Assembly (NCBI GenBank): GCA_050331735.1
Contig: JBHJGN010000037.1
Coordinates: forward strand, 32,001-96,000
Source: Cyanophyceae cyanobacterium
GTDB taxonomy: Bacteria; Cyanobacteriota; Cyanobacteriia; Cyanobacteriales; JBHJGN01
Direction: 5' to 3'
Length of the DNA stretch: 64,000 nt
This document shows, piece after piece, positions 40,455-50,674 of the stretch. A program made the translations under genes and the position numbers. Below the pieces are notes generated by a model. That model made no database searches and was not told the DNA's origin. It saw only the letters and a program-made list of their open reading frames with translations. Position 1 is the first letter of the stretch. Each line of letters opens with the position of its first letter.

Positions 40455-41075
40455 TCAGCTTCTTGCCTGCTGGGTAAACATTTCTTGTAAAACCAAAGCA
40501 GGATCGACATCGTTACCAGCGTACATTAATCCCCAATGGCGATGGGGCCCAGTTGTGCGTCCAGTCATGCCAATTCGTCCAATTCTTGTCCCTGCCGGAA
40601 CTTGCTGTCCCTCCCACATTTGAACGCCGCCGTCATGGTCGATGACGTAGCGCCCGTTCGCGCTGGTTTCGACGTGCCCATCTAAGTGGCAATAAACATG
40701 CTGCCATTGCCCAGACTGAATTTTGATCGTCGTGCCGCAGGGCGTATTATCTGATACCGAAACAATTTGTCCTGCCCACCAGTTACGAACATAGCTTCCA
40801 ATTGGGGCCGCAATATCCAAACCACGATGAAACTGTCTTTTACCAGTGGTTGGATGAATCCGGTACCCGTAGGGAGACGTATAGCCCTGAAAATTCTCGA
40901 CAGGGAACGAAGCGTGTTGCCAAGCGTTAGCAACTTCCACCGGTTCTGACTGAGCCCAGAGGGGGCGTTTAAATTCTCCGATCCACAAACTAGCAACCGT
41001 GATCAGGAGCAACAAGAGATATTTCCATTTCCGTCTGAAGCGTTCTGCCTTGATTACTAGCTGCATAAATGACAT
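40455..41075 (-). CDS. M23-family metallopeptidase
   Basis: HRGLD, YCHL, TGRTTGPHRH (HxH). Confidence 0.9.
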   Translation of the reverse strand: MSFMQLVIKAERFRRKWKYLLLLLITVASLWIGEFKRPLWAQSEPVEVANAWQHASFPVENFQGYTSPYGYRIHPTTGKRQFHRGLDIAAPIGSYVRNWWAGQIVSVSDNTPCGTTIKIQSGQWQHVYCHLDGHVETSANGRYVIDHDGGVQMWEGQQVPAGTRIGRIGMTGRTTGPHRHWGLMYAGNDVDPALVLQEMFTQQARS

Positions 41076-41300
41076 TCCTCTAATAAATAAAGAGTCGTAG
41101 GAGTACCAAAAACAACTAAAGATCTAAACAATCATAGCCAATCTTGTTCGTCTGTCAAGACTGGCGCCAGCGGCGCGGGGAAAGGGGCAATGGAAAGGGC
41201 CTTTGGTACGGGGAAAGGGCAAAGGGGAAGGGGAAAGGGGCTTAACCGCGACCAGTCATCAGTTGAATGAACGAGTTTGGTTACTGCTCGCTGTTCACTG

Positions 41301-41378
41301 TTTTCCCATCGCAAACGCGACAGTTTCCCCTTTTCCCCGTCGCGAACGCGACAGTTCCCCGTCCCGGAGGGACTAACT
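41301..41378. repeat. left copy of a palindromic short repeat cluster
   Basis: Two GTCGC-N4-GCGAC-type hairpins followed by AGTT(T)CCCC, then GTCCCGGAGGGAC. Confidence 0.7.
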
Positions 41379-41445
41379 TAACAACGGGATCAGTTCTGTT
41401 ACAATTCACAAAAGATCGTTATTCCTGTTTACAGTGATCCTGCCC

Positions 41446-41826
41446 ATGCTGAGAGAAATCCTGCCATTTCAGTTCGAGCTAGATACAGCAGCCATTGCCG
41501 GTAGCTGCCTGTGGTCGCTAGCGCTCTACTTAGGGTTTTCAGGCATCGGGGAGTGGATTACTGATCAGCTAGACCGGTGGTTTAATTTTGCTGAGCGATC
41601 GCTATACACCTCAGCAGAAGAATTTGAAAAAACTCGTTCTGCCAGAGAATCACAAAACGCCTTCTATGCCTCGGTTTTCAGCATCATTCCCTTTCTGATC
41701 GTGGGCGGACTGTGTAACTACGGAGTAGAACTTAGCTTAGGTCGCAGTTGGGCAGTCAGTATGGGAATACTAGCCTGTATGACGTGTGGCGTTTATGAGC
41801 TAGGACGGAGAAGCAGCGAATTATAG
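41446..41826 (+). CDS. conserved cyanobacterial membrane protein
   Basis: LWSLALYLGF...RWFNFAERSLY...RESQNAFYAS...GVYELGR; three TM segments. Confidence 0.8.
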   Translation: MLREILPFQFELDTAAIAGSCLWSLALYLGFSGIGEWITDQLDRWFNFAERSLYTSAEEFEKTRSARESQNAFYASVFSIIPFLIVGGLCNYGVELSLGRSWAVSMGILACMTCGVYELGRRSSEL

Positions 41827-41830
41827 ATTA

Positions 41831-41894
41831 AGTCCCTTCGGGACGGGAAAAGGGGAAACTGTCGCGTCTGCGACGGGGAAAGGGGAAAGGGAAA
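41831..41894. repeat. right copy of the repeat cluster, inverted relative to 41301-41378
   Basis: Reverse complement reads CCCCGTCGCAGACGCGACAGTTTCCCCTTTTCCCGTCCCGAAGGGACT. Confidence 0.7.
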
Positions 41895-42100
41895 TCTGTC
41901 CCTTTCCCTAACGGGAACGCTCCGCGAACGGGATGGGAAAAGAACACAGGATGAAGGAATAAATTGATTGCTTCTTCTTTGCCCTTTGCCCGCAGCGTAA
42001 GCTGCCTTGCTGCTTGCTCAGGAATCTCTCATCAATCCCTCAGAGGAACTTCACGGTGCAATTGCATGTTGAGAAGTATCGAACGATAGTCGATTGCTCG

Positions 42101-42629
42101 ATGAAATTAGGAACCATTGTTAAATTGGCTGGCGGGACGGCAGCAGTAGTGATCGCGACCCTAGCCGCCTTGGTTGTCCAGGCAGGCGGTTGGGAAAATT
42201 TTAAGCTGAAGCATTTTTATCTGACAAGTGTAGTTCACGATCAAGAGCAGGAACTAGACGACCTCCGCAAACAGGTCAACCTCGCAGACGCCAGCCGCAT
42301 CGACCTTGCGGAGCTTCTCAACGGAGGACCGCCGAAAGACGGCATTCCTAGTATCGACAATCCCAAATTTGATACGGCTCAGACAACGCCTTTTCGTCAA
42401 GAGGATCTGGTGATTGGGATTGTTGTTAATGGAGAGGCGAAAATCTATCCGCTGGGAATTCTCAACTGGCACGAACTGGTTAACGACCGAATTGGGGGGG
42501 TTAATCTGAGCGTCTCCTACTGTCCGCTGTGCGACACCATTGTTGCCTTTGAACGCAACGAGACAACCTTCGGAGTATCGGGCAAGCTGTATCAAAGCTG
42601 TTTGGTCATGTACGACCGAGCTGACGATA
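42101..42629 (+). pseudogene. DUF3179 protein, 5' fragment interrupted by the IS
   Basis: GGPPKDGIPSID, YPLGILNWHELVND, SYCPLC, FGVSGKLY, LVMYDR; family similarity stops at MYDRADDT where the IS end begins. Confidence 0.85.
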
Positions 42630-44287
42630 CAGGAACCGTCGCAGTTTGATAGCCCACGAGCTTTAGCCGTGGGTGGAAAAACGAGTTATCCCCCTTAGGG
42701 CAGTCAGACTTTTCCTTGTGCTTCGACATATTCTTTGATTGTTTCTAAGCTAACCTGACCAGCGGTAGAAACAAAGTAGCTGCGAGTCCACATCGAAGGC
42801 AGCTTCATCAACTAAGGAAACTCTTTTCTTAAATATCTAGCCGATGCACCTTTAACTTTGTGCATGATAGCTGGAATGCCTAAGTGAAAAGGCGCGTTGA
42901 TGAATAGGTGTACGTGGTCAGGCTCTATAGCTAGAGAGATTAATCGACAATCTAGAGCTGACAAGGCTTGATGAATTAGTTCGCTAAGCCTTTGCTTGAT
43001 CTTCCCCTTCAAGACTTTTCTACGTCTTCTCGGTATCCAAATGAAATGATAGTTGATATCTGAAACGGTTGTATGAGTTCGTCTATATCTTTCCGTTATC
43101 TCTACAAATTATGTCTATCTAACGGTATTATAGACAGATGAAAACGTTTAAATTTAAGCTATATCACCAGAAGTGGAATCAACATCTACATCGCGCTATC
43201 AATGCAGCCAGCAGTGTATATAATCACTGCATTGCTTTGCATAAGCGCTATTATCGGATGTTCAAAAAGCATCTAAACAAAAATAAGCTGATGAAGCATA
43301 TAGCTAAACTAAAACGGAGCAATGCTTATTGGCTCCTGGTTAACGCCCAGGCTGTTCAAGATATCGTTCAGCGGATAGACCGAGCCTACGAGCTATTTTT
43401 CAAACACCACAAGAAGGGGGTTAGACCACCGAACTTTAGAAAGAAAATTAAGTATAAAGCTATTACGCTTAAGCAGAATGGCTATAAGTTTTTATCAGGC
43501 AATCAGTGCGGAATGCACCAAGCTTGCGACCCAAAATCGATTCCGGGTCGTTCCCGGTTGAGGATTGGAAAGCGAGTATTTAAATTCTGGCTCAGTCGAG
43601 AAATCCAAGGAAAGATTAAAACTGTCACTATCAAACGTAATGCTCTAGACGAGTTATTTGTGTTTGTTGTGACTGATTTTGTAGATCGCCAAGTCCCAGT
43701 CATGACGGGTAACAGCGCAGGTTTTGACTTCGGCTGCAAAACATTTCTAACTTGCTCGGACGGCACGGATATCAAATCGCCATTGTTCCTTAAGCAATCT
43801 TTAAAGCAGCTAGCGTTAGCCAGCCGCAATCATTCCACCAAGAAACGAGGTTCCAGGAGGCGAGAGAAAGCAAGGGTAAATCTGGTGCGAGTCCATGAGA
43901 AAGTTGTAAACCGCCGCTCTGACTGGTTCTGGAAGCTGGCACATAGGCTAACGGACAAGTTTGATTACTTGTTCTTTGAAACTCTCAGTCTCAAGGGAAT
44001 GCAGCGTTTGTGGGGTCGGAAGATCAGTGACTTGGCTTTTGCTGAGTTCCTGAAAATCCTGGACTTTGTCGGCGAAAAGAAAGGCAAGGTGGTTAGCTAT
44101 ATTGATCGTTGGTTCCCTAGCTCTAAAACCTGTTCTGAGTGCAATTTTGTGGTAGATAAGCTGGACTTGAACGAACGTTATTGGGTCTGTCCAAGCTGTT
44201 CGGCTAAGCATGGACGCGATGCTAACGCTAGTCGAGTAATTCTAAGAGTTGGGGCTACAACTCTAAGGTTAGGAGATGTTAGTCTGC
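42630..44287. mobile_element. IS200/IS605-family element (divergent tnpA/tnpB), right end apparently deleted
   Basis: Left end CAGGAACCGTCGCAGTTTGATAG with hairpin CCCACG-AGCTTTAGC-CGTGGG, then tnpA and tnpB. No right-end hairpin is seen before host sequence resumes. Confidence 0.85.
42704..43099 (-). pseudogene. tnpA: IS200-type Y1 HUH transposase TnpA, inactivated
   Basis: YRRTHTTVSDINYHFIWIPRRR...PDHVHLF...KGASAR...KEFP*LMKLPSMWTRSYFVSTAG...IKEYVEAQ; in-frame TAG at 42812-42814 and ATA where ATG is expected. Confidence 0.9.
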
Positions 44288-44331
44288 CAAACAGACGAGA
44301 CGATTGTGTTTCGAGTGCGTCATCAAGATAG
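43138..44331 (+). CDS. tnpB: RNA-guided endonuclease TnpB; C-terminus reads into host DNA
   Basis: MKTFKFKLY, RuvC-I GFDFG, RuvC-II FETL, zinc ribbon CSEC/CPSC, RuvC-III RDANAS. Confidence 0.92.
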   Translation: MKTFKFKLYHQKWNQHLHRAINAASSVYNHCIALHKRYYRMFKKHLNKNKLMKHIAKLKRSNAYWLLVNAQAVQDIVQRIDRAYELFFKHHKKGVRPPNFRKKIKYKAITLKQNGYKFLSGNQCGMHQACDPKSIPGRSRLRIGKRVFKFWLSREIQGKIKTVTIKRNALDELFVFVVTDFVDRQVPVMTGNSAGFDFGCKTFLTCSDGTDIKSPLFLKQSLKQLALASRNHSTKKRGSRRREKARVNLVRVHEKVVNRRSDWFWKLAHRLTDKFDYLFFETLSLKGMQRLWGRKISDLAFAEFLKILDFVGEKKGKVVSYIDRWFPSSKTCSECNFVVDKLDLNERYWVCPSCSAKHGRDANASRVILRVGATTLRLGDVSLPNRRDDCVSSASSR

Positions 44332-44596
44332 GCTCACGCTGCATCCGAAAGCCATTGTGAGCCATGTCTGGGAAGCAGACAATCAAATGCCCCACAACCG
44401 CTTCTCCGGTGACAGCCGGCAATTTCCCCACGAGGAACTTAAACAAGTAGAAGAGAAGGTGGTAGTCTTCAACGGACGCACCATCAAAGCGAGATGGGAT
44501 CGCCAATTAGCAACGGTTGTTGTGACCGAAATGGATGGCACTGTGATTCCAAGTTCTACGGCCTTTGCGTTTGTCTATCCAGCGTACTTTGAATAA
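44288..44596 (+). pseudogene. DUF3179 protein, 3' fragment
   Basis: QTDETIVFRVRHQDRLTLHPKAIV...AFAFVYPAYFE resembles the DUF3179 C-terminus (LHPK..V; AFxFxxxAF). Confidence 0.65.
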
Positions 44597-44704
44597 AAAT
44601 CTGTGCCAAGGAAAGAAGCAGGAGAAAAGAGCAGTAACTTAAAAAAAAAGGCAAGCGCGATCGCCTAGCTCCTTTGATAAGATCTGCTACATATCTAGAT
44701 CGCG

Positions 44705-46063
44705 TTGCTGTTCATGCTAGCTTCTACCGTTACGCTCAAAAGTACCGTCAATCAACAAACCTTAATTATTGCGCCAGCGTCCGGGGTTTCTCTGCGAGGC
44801 AGATTTCGGGTTCCTGGAGATAAGTCTATTTCTCATCGGGCGCTGATGCTGGGGTCAATTGCCGAAGGAGAAACAATTATAGAGGGATTACTAGTTGGAG
44901 AAGATCCTCGCAGTACAGCGCGGTGCTTTCAGGAGATGGGGGCTAAAATTTCTCCGCTCAACGCCGGCAAAGTCATTGTTGAAGGCGTTGGATTGGGGCA
45001 GCTCCAGGAACCAGAAAACGTTTTAGATGCCGGTAACTCTGGCACCACGATTCGCTTGATGATCGGTCTGCTGGCTGCAACCCCCGGACGGTTTTTTACC
45101 ATCACGGGAGATCAGTCTTTGCGTTCCCGCCCCATGTCCCGCGTGGTCAAGCCGCTTCAGCAGATGGGAGCTACGATTTGGGGTCGTAAAGGAAATTCTC
45201 TAGCTCCCCTGGCGCTCAGAGGTCAACAGCTTCAGCCCCTGCACTATAGTTCTCCGATGGCTTCGGCCCAGGTTAAATCCTGTGTGCTGTTGGCTGGGCT
45301 GATGGTTCCAGGAGAAACCACCGTCACAGAACCAGCCCTTTCTAGAGACCACAGCGAAAGGATGCTGAGAGCTTTTGGCGCTGACGTTCGGGTGGACCCA
45401 GAAACCCACAGCGCCACGATTACTGGTTACCCTCAGCTCAAGGGCCAACGGGTTGTTGTGCCGGGAGATATTAGTTCAGCCGCCTTTTGGCTGGTGGCAG
45501 CCGCGATTGTGCCCGGCTCAGAACTCGTCATCGAAAACGTGGGGACGAACCCAACCCGCATCGGTATTTTAGAAGTGCTAGAGCGCATGGAGGCAGACAT
45601 TGAACGGGAAAACGAGCGCGTCGTGGCCGGAGAACCCGTGGCTGATTTGCGCGTACGGTCTGGACCCCTCAAAGGCTGCACCATCGAGGGAGAAATGATT
45701 CCGCGGCTGATTGACGAAATTCCTATTCTCGCGGTGGCGGCTGTTTTTGCCGCTGGCACAACCGTGATTCGAGATGCCGCCGAGCTGCGCGTTAAAGAAA
45801 GCGATCGCCTCGCCGTGATTGCCTCTCAGCTAAACCGCATGGGCGCTAAAATCACGGAGCTGCCCGACGGTTTAGAAATTGAAGGCGGCACTCCTCTAGC
45901 GGGAACCGAGGTAGATAGCTACACCGACCATCGCATCGCCATGAGCTTGGCCATTGCGGGGCTGAACGCCACTGGGACAACGACGATTTATCGCGCTGAA
46001 GCAGCGGCGATTTCGTATCCAGACTTTGTGGCTACCCTGGAGCAGGTGTGTCAGCAACAGTGA
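44705..46063 (+). CDS. aroA: 3-phosphoshikimate 1-carboxyvinyltransferase
   Basis: [41 protein letters not shown]. Confidence 0.97.
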   Translation: MLFMLASTVTLKSTVNQQTLIIAPASGVSLRGRFRVPGDKSISHRALMLGSIAEGETIIEGLLVGEDPRSTARCFQEMGAKISPLNAGKVIVEGVGLGQLQEPENVLDAGNSGTTIRLMIGLLAATPGRFFTITGDQSLRSRPMSRVVKPLQQMGATIWGRKGNSLAPLALRGQQLQPLHYSSPMASAQVKSCVLLAGLMVPGETTVTEPALSRDHSERMLRAFGADVRVDPETHSATITGYPQLKGQRVVVPGDISSAAFWLVAAAIVPGSELVIENVGTNPTRIGILEVLERMEADIERENERVVAGEPVADLRVRSGPLKGCTIEGEMIPRLIDEIPILAVAAVFAAGTTVIRDAAELRVKESDRLAVIASQLNRMGAKITELPDGLEIEGGTPLAGTEVDSYTDHRIAMSLAIAGLNATGTTTIYRAEAAAISYPDFVATLEQVCQQQ

Positions 46064-46115
46064 TTAGTGATAGTTTAATAGCTGTTCGCTCTGAGAAAGC
46101 TAACAGCTTCTTTAA

Positions 46116-46934
46116 ATGACAGATTGGACAAAAATTATAGAGTTTGCGCAGGAGACGACGGAGCAGGTTGGCAATCAGCTCGTTCGTTCTGATACGCGAC
46201 AGGCGACCCATAAAGCTGATGGTTCTCTGGTGACGCAGGCAGATCGGTGGGCAGATTGTCAAATTAGGGAAGCGATCGCAGCTCGCTTTCCGGACCACGG
46301 TGTTCTTACTGAAGAAACGACTCATGTTTTTCCAGAACATGACTGGTGCTGGATTGTCGATCCGATCGATGGCACCACGAATTTTACCCGGGGTGTGCCG
46401 CTGTGGGGCATTTCCCTCGGGTTACTTTATCAAGGAACGCCAGTATTTGGACTGGTGCATCTCCCTCCTATCCAACAGACGTTTCACGGTTTCTGGTACG
46501 GGGACTCTGGGTTAACCGGACCCACGGGAGCTTATTTAAACCATCAACCGATTCACACGAGTGCCGATGCTCCGAGCAACAGTCATCTCTTCAATATCTG
46601 CGCTCGCAGTACGGCCATTCTGCAACGCCCGTTTCCCTGCAAGATTCGCATGATTGGCGTTGCTAGCTACAATATTCTGCTGGTGGCTGCGGGAGCCACC
46701 CTCGGCGGGGTCGAAGCCACGCCCAAAATTTGGGACATTGCCGCTGTGTGGCCTATTTTACAGGCAGCCGGGGGAGTCTATATTGCTCTTGGAACAGAAC
46801 CATTTCCTCTCCAAGTGGGTCAAGACTACGGCAGCCGATCGTTTCCTTGTTTAGCCGTCAGTCAGCCGAAGCTCGTGCCAATATTCCAGCCGCTAGTAGC
46901 AGCGATTGGGAAAAGAACCGAGAGAAGGACATAA
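46116..46934 (+). CDS. inositol monophosphatase family protein
   Basis: LTEE, WIVDPIDGTTNF, WDIAA. Confidence 0.92.
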   Translation: MTDWTKIIEFAQETTEQVGNQLVRSDTRQATHKADGSLVTQADRWADCQIREAIAARFPDHGVLTEETTHVFPEHDWCWIVDPIDGTTNFTRGVPLWGISLGLLYQGTPVFGLVHLPPIQQTFHGFWYGDSGLTGPTGAYLNHQPIHTSADAPSNSHLFNICARSTAILQRPFPCKIRMIGVASYNILLVAAGATLGGVEATPKIWDIAAVWPILQAAGGVYIALGTEPFPLQVGQDYGSRSFPCLAVSQPKLVPIFQPLVAAIGKRTERRT

Positions 46935-47036
46935 CGAAGGGCTAATTCTGATAATTCTTCATCTTGGTTTATATTTCGTTAGAATTTTGGGCAATATAGC
47001 ACCGTAGTACATAAAGAAAATCTTGAAAGTGGTGCG

Positions 47037-47810
47037 ATGAGCATAGGGAGAATCTGGGCGATCGCAGCCAACGGCTTTCGGGAGGCGATTCGCGATCGCC
47101 TTCTGTACCTCGTTGGTTTTTTTACAATTCTGCTAGGTATGGCTTGGCGATTGCTGCCGGAGATTTCGGCAGGAACCCACGAAAAGATTTTCCTCGATTT
47201 TGGATTGGGGGCTATGGCCGTTTTCAGCGTTGGGGTTGCCATTTTTGTCGGTACTGGGTTGATCAACAAGGAGATTGAACAGCGCACGATTCTGGTCCTC
47301 ATTCCTAAACCTATGAGCCGCACTGAATTTATTGTGGGTAAACATCTAGGCTTAGTGGCGGTGCTGGCAGTGTTACTGTCTGTGATGTCCGGTGTTTACT
47401 TGGCTCTGTTGCAGATGTCAAATACGGCCTATCCTCTGGGCAGCATTATAGTTGCAGTAGTGTATCTGCTGCTGGAGACGATTTTGCTGAGCGCTGTTGC
47501 TGTTGTTTTGGGAGTATTTACGAGCTCCATCTTGGCAACCCTGCTGAGCTTTGGCATTTTCTTAATGGGACACGTCAGCCGTGATTTGGTAGAACTTGGT
47601 GAACTCAGCCAAAATCGAACTGTGGAAAGGTTTACGGAGGCTCTTTATCTTATTTTGCCAGATTTGTCCCGACTAAATCTGAGAAACGAAGCCGTTTATG
47701 GTTTACTGCCTTCGACTCTAGAATTGTTTAGCCATGCTCTTTACGGCGTTTTGTATACAATATTGCTATTGGCGGTCGCCGTCGTCATTTTTTCGCGACA
47801 AGAGTTTTAA
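47037..47810 (+). CDS. ABC transporter permease
   Basis: Multi-TM protein; FREAIRDR, KEIEQRTI...KPMSR.EFIVGK. Confidence 0.85.
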   Translation: MSIGRIWAIAANGFREAIRDRLLYLVGFFTILLGMAWRLLPEISAGTHEKIFLDFGLGAMAVFSVGVAIFVGTGLINKEIEQRTILVLIPKPMSRTEFIVGKHLGLVAVLAVLLSVMSGVYLALLQMSNTAYPLGSIIVAVVYLLLETILLSAVAVVLGVFTSSILATLLSFGIFLMGHVSRDLVELGELSQNRTVERFTEALYLILPDLSRLNLRNEAVYGLLPSTLELFSHALYGVLYTILLLAVAVVIFSRQEF

Positions 47811-48246
47811 GTCGCTGCTATCAGAATAAGGGCTAGCAATAAGAATCTGCTTAAAAAAGCAGGACAGGATTAAAAACCGAGTAATTTTTGATAAAAATAT
47901 CCTCTTTAAAAATCTTTATCTATGTTAGAAAACAAAAACATGATTTTTTCAATAACCATTTGGATAATGAGGGAATAAAAACGCCTCAATTGAGTAGCTC
48001 GCTGCTCTATTGACCGAGGTCTGTTAAAACATTGTCCCGTTGGTTCGCCACCGAGAATCAAATTGCCTAATTTAGGCATCTCGCCTATGGATTGACCCAC
48101 AAAGAGGCTCTTTTCTCCAAAAACGGCTTCATCGGCAACCTACCAGTAGAGCAATTTGGGAGACTTAACGCTATTTTTATAGAAGCTAATTCCGTCGCCG
48201 ATTCTCTATATCCTAAATAGATTTTAGTGTTAACAGAGCAGCCTTA

Positions 48247-49914
48247 ATGCTTCGTGATCGCACAGCCATGATAGAACAGCTCGTTCAAGTCACAGAATCT
48301 CCAGTCGAGAATATCCTTCAGTCTACTGTTGAGCTCATCGCAGAAACTTTCAATGCGGGATGCTGCTTAAGCTGGCAGCCTCAACGAGATAGCAAAGCGC
48401 GGGTGTGTTATTCGTCCAAGTCTGTTACCCAAGAATTACGGCAGCTTTGTCAAAAACTCTGCCATTCCTACCGCTCTACTCTCGCAGAAGGAACCCTCAG
48501 AGCTTTAGCTCGTGGAGATTCACTGCCGCTCGTGGAAGTGGCTATGCGCGAGGCTGATATAGACTCAGTTCTGCTCATACCGCTGTTAACCGAAAATACC
48601 TATAGCGGAGAAATTAGCCTGTATCGTCAGGCGATGCAGTGGACGGAAAATGAACGACAGATTATTCGGGCGATCGCGTCTCAGTGCGTCAGAACCATTG
48701 AGCAGGCAACGCCCCCCTCTCCAAAAGCTCAGTCTCTACACGAGTTAAGCCAGCAGATTTTTCGGCTGCTTAATTCTCCCCGTCAGCCAGAGCAGATTCT
48801 CTTAGAGATATTAGCCAAAATTGGACAAGGCTTTCAGATCGAGCGGGTTGTCCTATTGCAGCTCGTCGGAGAACAGCTCGAGGTTCATCAAGAGTGGCGG
48901 CTACACGACCACGTTCCTCAAATTCGGATAGGGTCATTTAACTTGGCCCCCCGCGAGCTGGTGTTCAACGGACGCGAGCGACAGTATGTTGCTACGGCGA
49001 GCGAAGCAGAAGCGATTTGGGGGGATCAATGTGTGCTGACGGTCCCGGTCTTCGTTCGCGGTCAGTTTTTTGGAGGAATAGCGCTGCAAACTCAGACAGC
49101 ACGAACGCTGACGCAACCGGAACTTGAGCTGCTGGAGTGTACAGCGGAGCAGGTATCGGTCGCTCTAGAACGTGTTCAAACGAGCGATCGTATCGAACAG
49201 TTGGTGGCAGAAAAACAGCGTTCTGATGAAGCGAACCAAGCTAAAAGTCAGTTTTTATCGGTGATGAACCACGAGCTACGGACACCTCTAACCAGCATTA
49301 TTGGCTTTTCCAATCTGTTGATGGAGGAAATCTATGGTTCGTTAAACCAGAAACAGATGCAGTACGTCAGCGCCATTCTAGAGTCTGGCGAGTATTTGCT
49401 AGAACTGATCAACGATCTCCTCGATATCTCTAAAATTGAAGCGGAAAAAGAAGAGCTGTTTTTAGAAAAAGTCCCGGTAGAAGAAATTTGTTTATCTTCG
49501 CTGTCGCTAGTCGCAGAAAAAGCTAGGCAAGAAGGGCTCAGGATAGAAGTTAACATTGCTCCCAACGTTGGTGTTTGTTTGGCTGACCAGCGTCGCCTAA
49601 AGCAGATTTTAGTCAATCTGTTGTCTAACTCTGTTAAGTTCACAAGTGCTGGAGGTTCAGTCACTCTGCAAGTACAGCAAGATACTGAAATCCGCTTTTC
49701 CATCATTGATACTGGAATTGGTATTAGCCCAGAAGATCAGCAGAAGCTGTTTCAACCCTTTGTGCAAATCAATAATCGTTTCAGTCGCAAACAGAAGGGA
49801 ACAGGCTTAGGCTTAGCTCTCTCCCGTAAGCTCGCTCAACTCCACGGCGGGGATATTACCCTTGTCTCAGAGGTTGGCAAGGGAAGCTGCTTCACGCTGC
49901 ATTTACCGCTCTAA
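48247..49914 (+). CDS. GAF-GAF sensor histidine kinase
   Basis: Two GAF-like regions, H-box MNHELRTPL, NLLSNSVKFT, DTGIGI, GTGLGL. Confidence 0.93.
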   Translation: MLRDRTAMIEQLVQVTESPVENILQSTVELIAETFNAGCCLSWQPQRDSKARVCYSSKSVTQELRQLCQKLCHSYRSTLAEGTLRALARGDSLPLVEVAMREADIDSVLLIPLLTENTYSGEISLYRQAMQWTENERQIIRAIASQCVRTIEQATPPSPKAQSLHELSQQIFRLLNSPRQPEQILLEILAKIGQGFQIERVVLLQLVGEQLEVHQEWRLHDHVPQIRIGSFNLAPRELVFNGRERQYVATASEAEAIWGDQCVLTVPVFVRGQFFGGIALQTQTARTLTQPELELLECTAEQVSVALERVQTSDRIEQLVAEKQRSDEANQAKSQFLSVMNHELRTPLTSIIGFSNLLMEEIYGSLNQKQMQYVSAILESGEYLLELINDLLDISKIEAEKEELFLEKVPVEEICLSSLSLVAEKARQEGLRIEVNIAPNVGVCLADQRRLKQILVNLLSNSVKFTSAGGSVTLQVQQDTEIRFSIIDTGIGISPEDQQKLFQPFVQINNRFSRKQKGTGLGLALSRKLAQLHGGDITLVSEVGKGSCFTLHLPL

Positions 49915-50264
49915 ACACGCTGAGGTTTAGTCGGGAAAGCTCGATCAGTTGACGCACTCCCACCGATAAATCGAGTGGAATTCGGCGATCCTGGCGCAGA
50001 TTGCTGCGGTCCGGCAGTCTGACATCTACTCTCACCCTAGACAACGCCCTGCCTAGCTGCATTACTTCAGGCAACCAGGATGGTTTTCCTTCTTTAGATC
50101 GTTCAGAAGCTCAAAACCTGGATTTTACCCCTAGCGAATTGATTGACCCATTCAAACTGAAACGATGACATTCTCACAGTGCGTTCAAAGTTTTACCCAG
50201 ACGACTTCTAGCCAGAACCCGCTACTTTGATTAAATCGGAGATTTTAGGAGTAAACTAGCATGA

Positions 50265-50366
50265 AGTAGCTTAAAACTACAGCTTTCCACGGCAGCTAAA
50301 GCTGCTAGCTCGTTTTCCCCCCAAGGCTGAAGCTCGTGGGCTATCAAACTGCGACAGTTCTTGTAT
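50265..50366 (-). mobile_element. solo copy of the IS200/IS605 left end plus extra hairpins (non-autonomous remnant)
   Basis: Minus strand ATACAAGAACTGTCGCAGTTTGATAGCCCACGAGCTTCAGCCTTGGGGGGAAAACGAG closely matches 42627-42686. Confidence 0.8.
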
Positions 50367-50674
50367 ATTTTTCATGCCTGAAGCAGAGCTTAAGTGTGCC
50401 AAGAACGACAGGAAAGTAGGTAACGTCAGTTTGGGATCCCAATAGCGGCGGTTCCTCAAACCGACCATTTCTGTAGTCCGTGAAGACGGCCTTGGCTTGT
50501 GTAGCTGCAAATTCATTCGCCATGCGCTGCTCGGCTAGTATTTTTGTGCTCCTTGGTTTGCTGTTGACCCCTCTAAAGAAAGATGAAGGACAGTTTTCCG
50601 ATCGCTACCTTGAGGAAAAACTATCCAAAACAGATCCTCAATCTCAATTCAGCAATACGACAAGGAGTAACAGA

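Noticed and set aside
41160..41950. CRISPR array
   Set aside because: The repeats are short heptamer and hairpin units without regular unique spacers, and there are no cas genes.
43505..43555. Group II intron (GTGCG start)
   Set aside because: Only ~51 bp, with no domain V/VI and no intron-encoded protein.
40333..44600. tRNA-anchored integrative island
   Set aside because: No integrase, no duplicated tRNA 3' end seen, and the flanking genes are ordinary cyanobacterial genes.
50277..50674. ORF 50277-50516 and the 65-aa N-terminal extension of gap
   Set aside because: The first runs through the IS-end remnant; gap has a clear ribosome-binding site and ATG at 50675.
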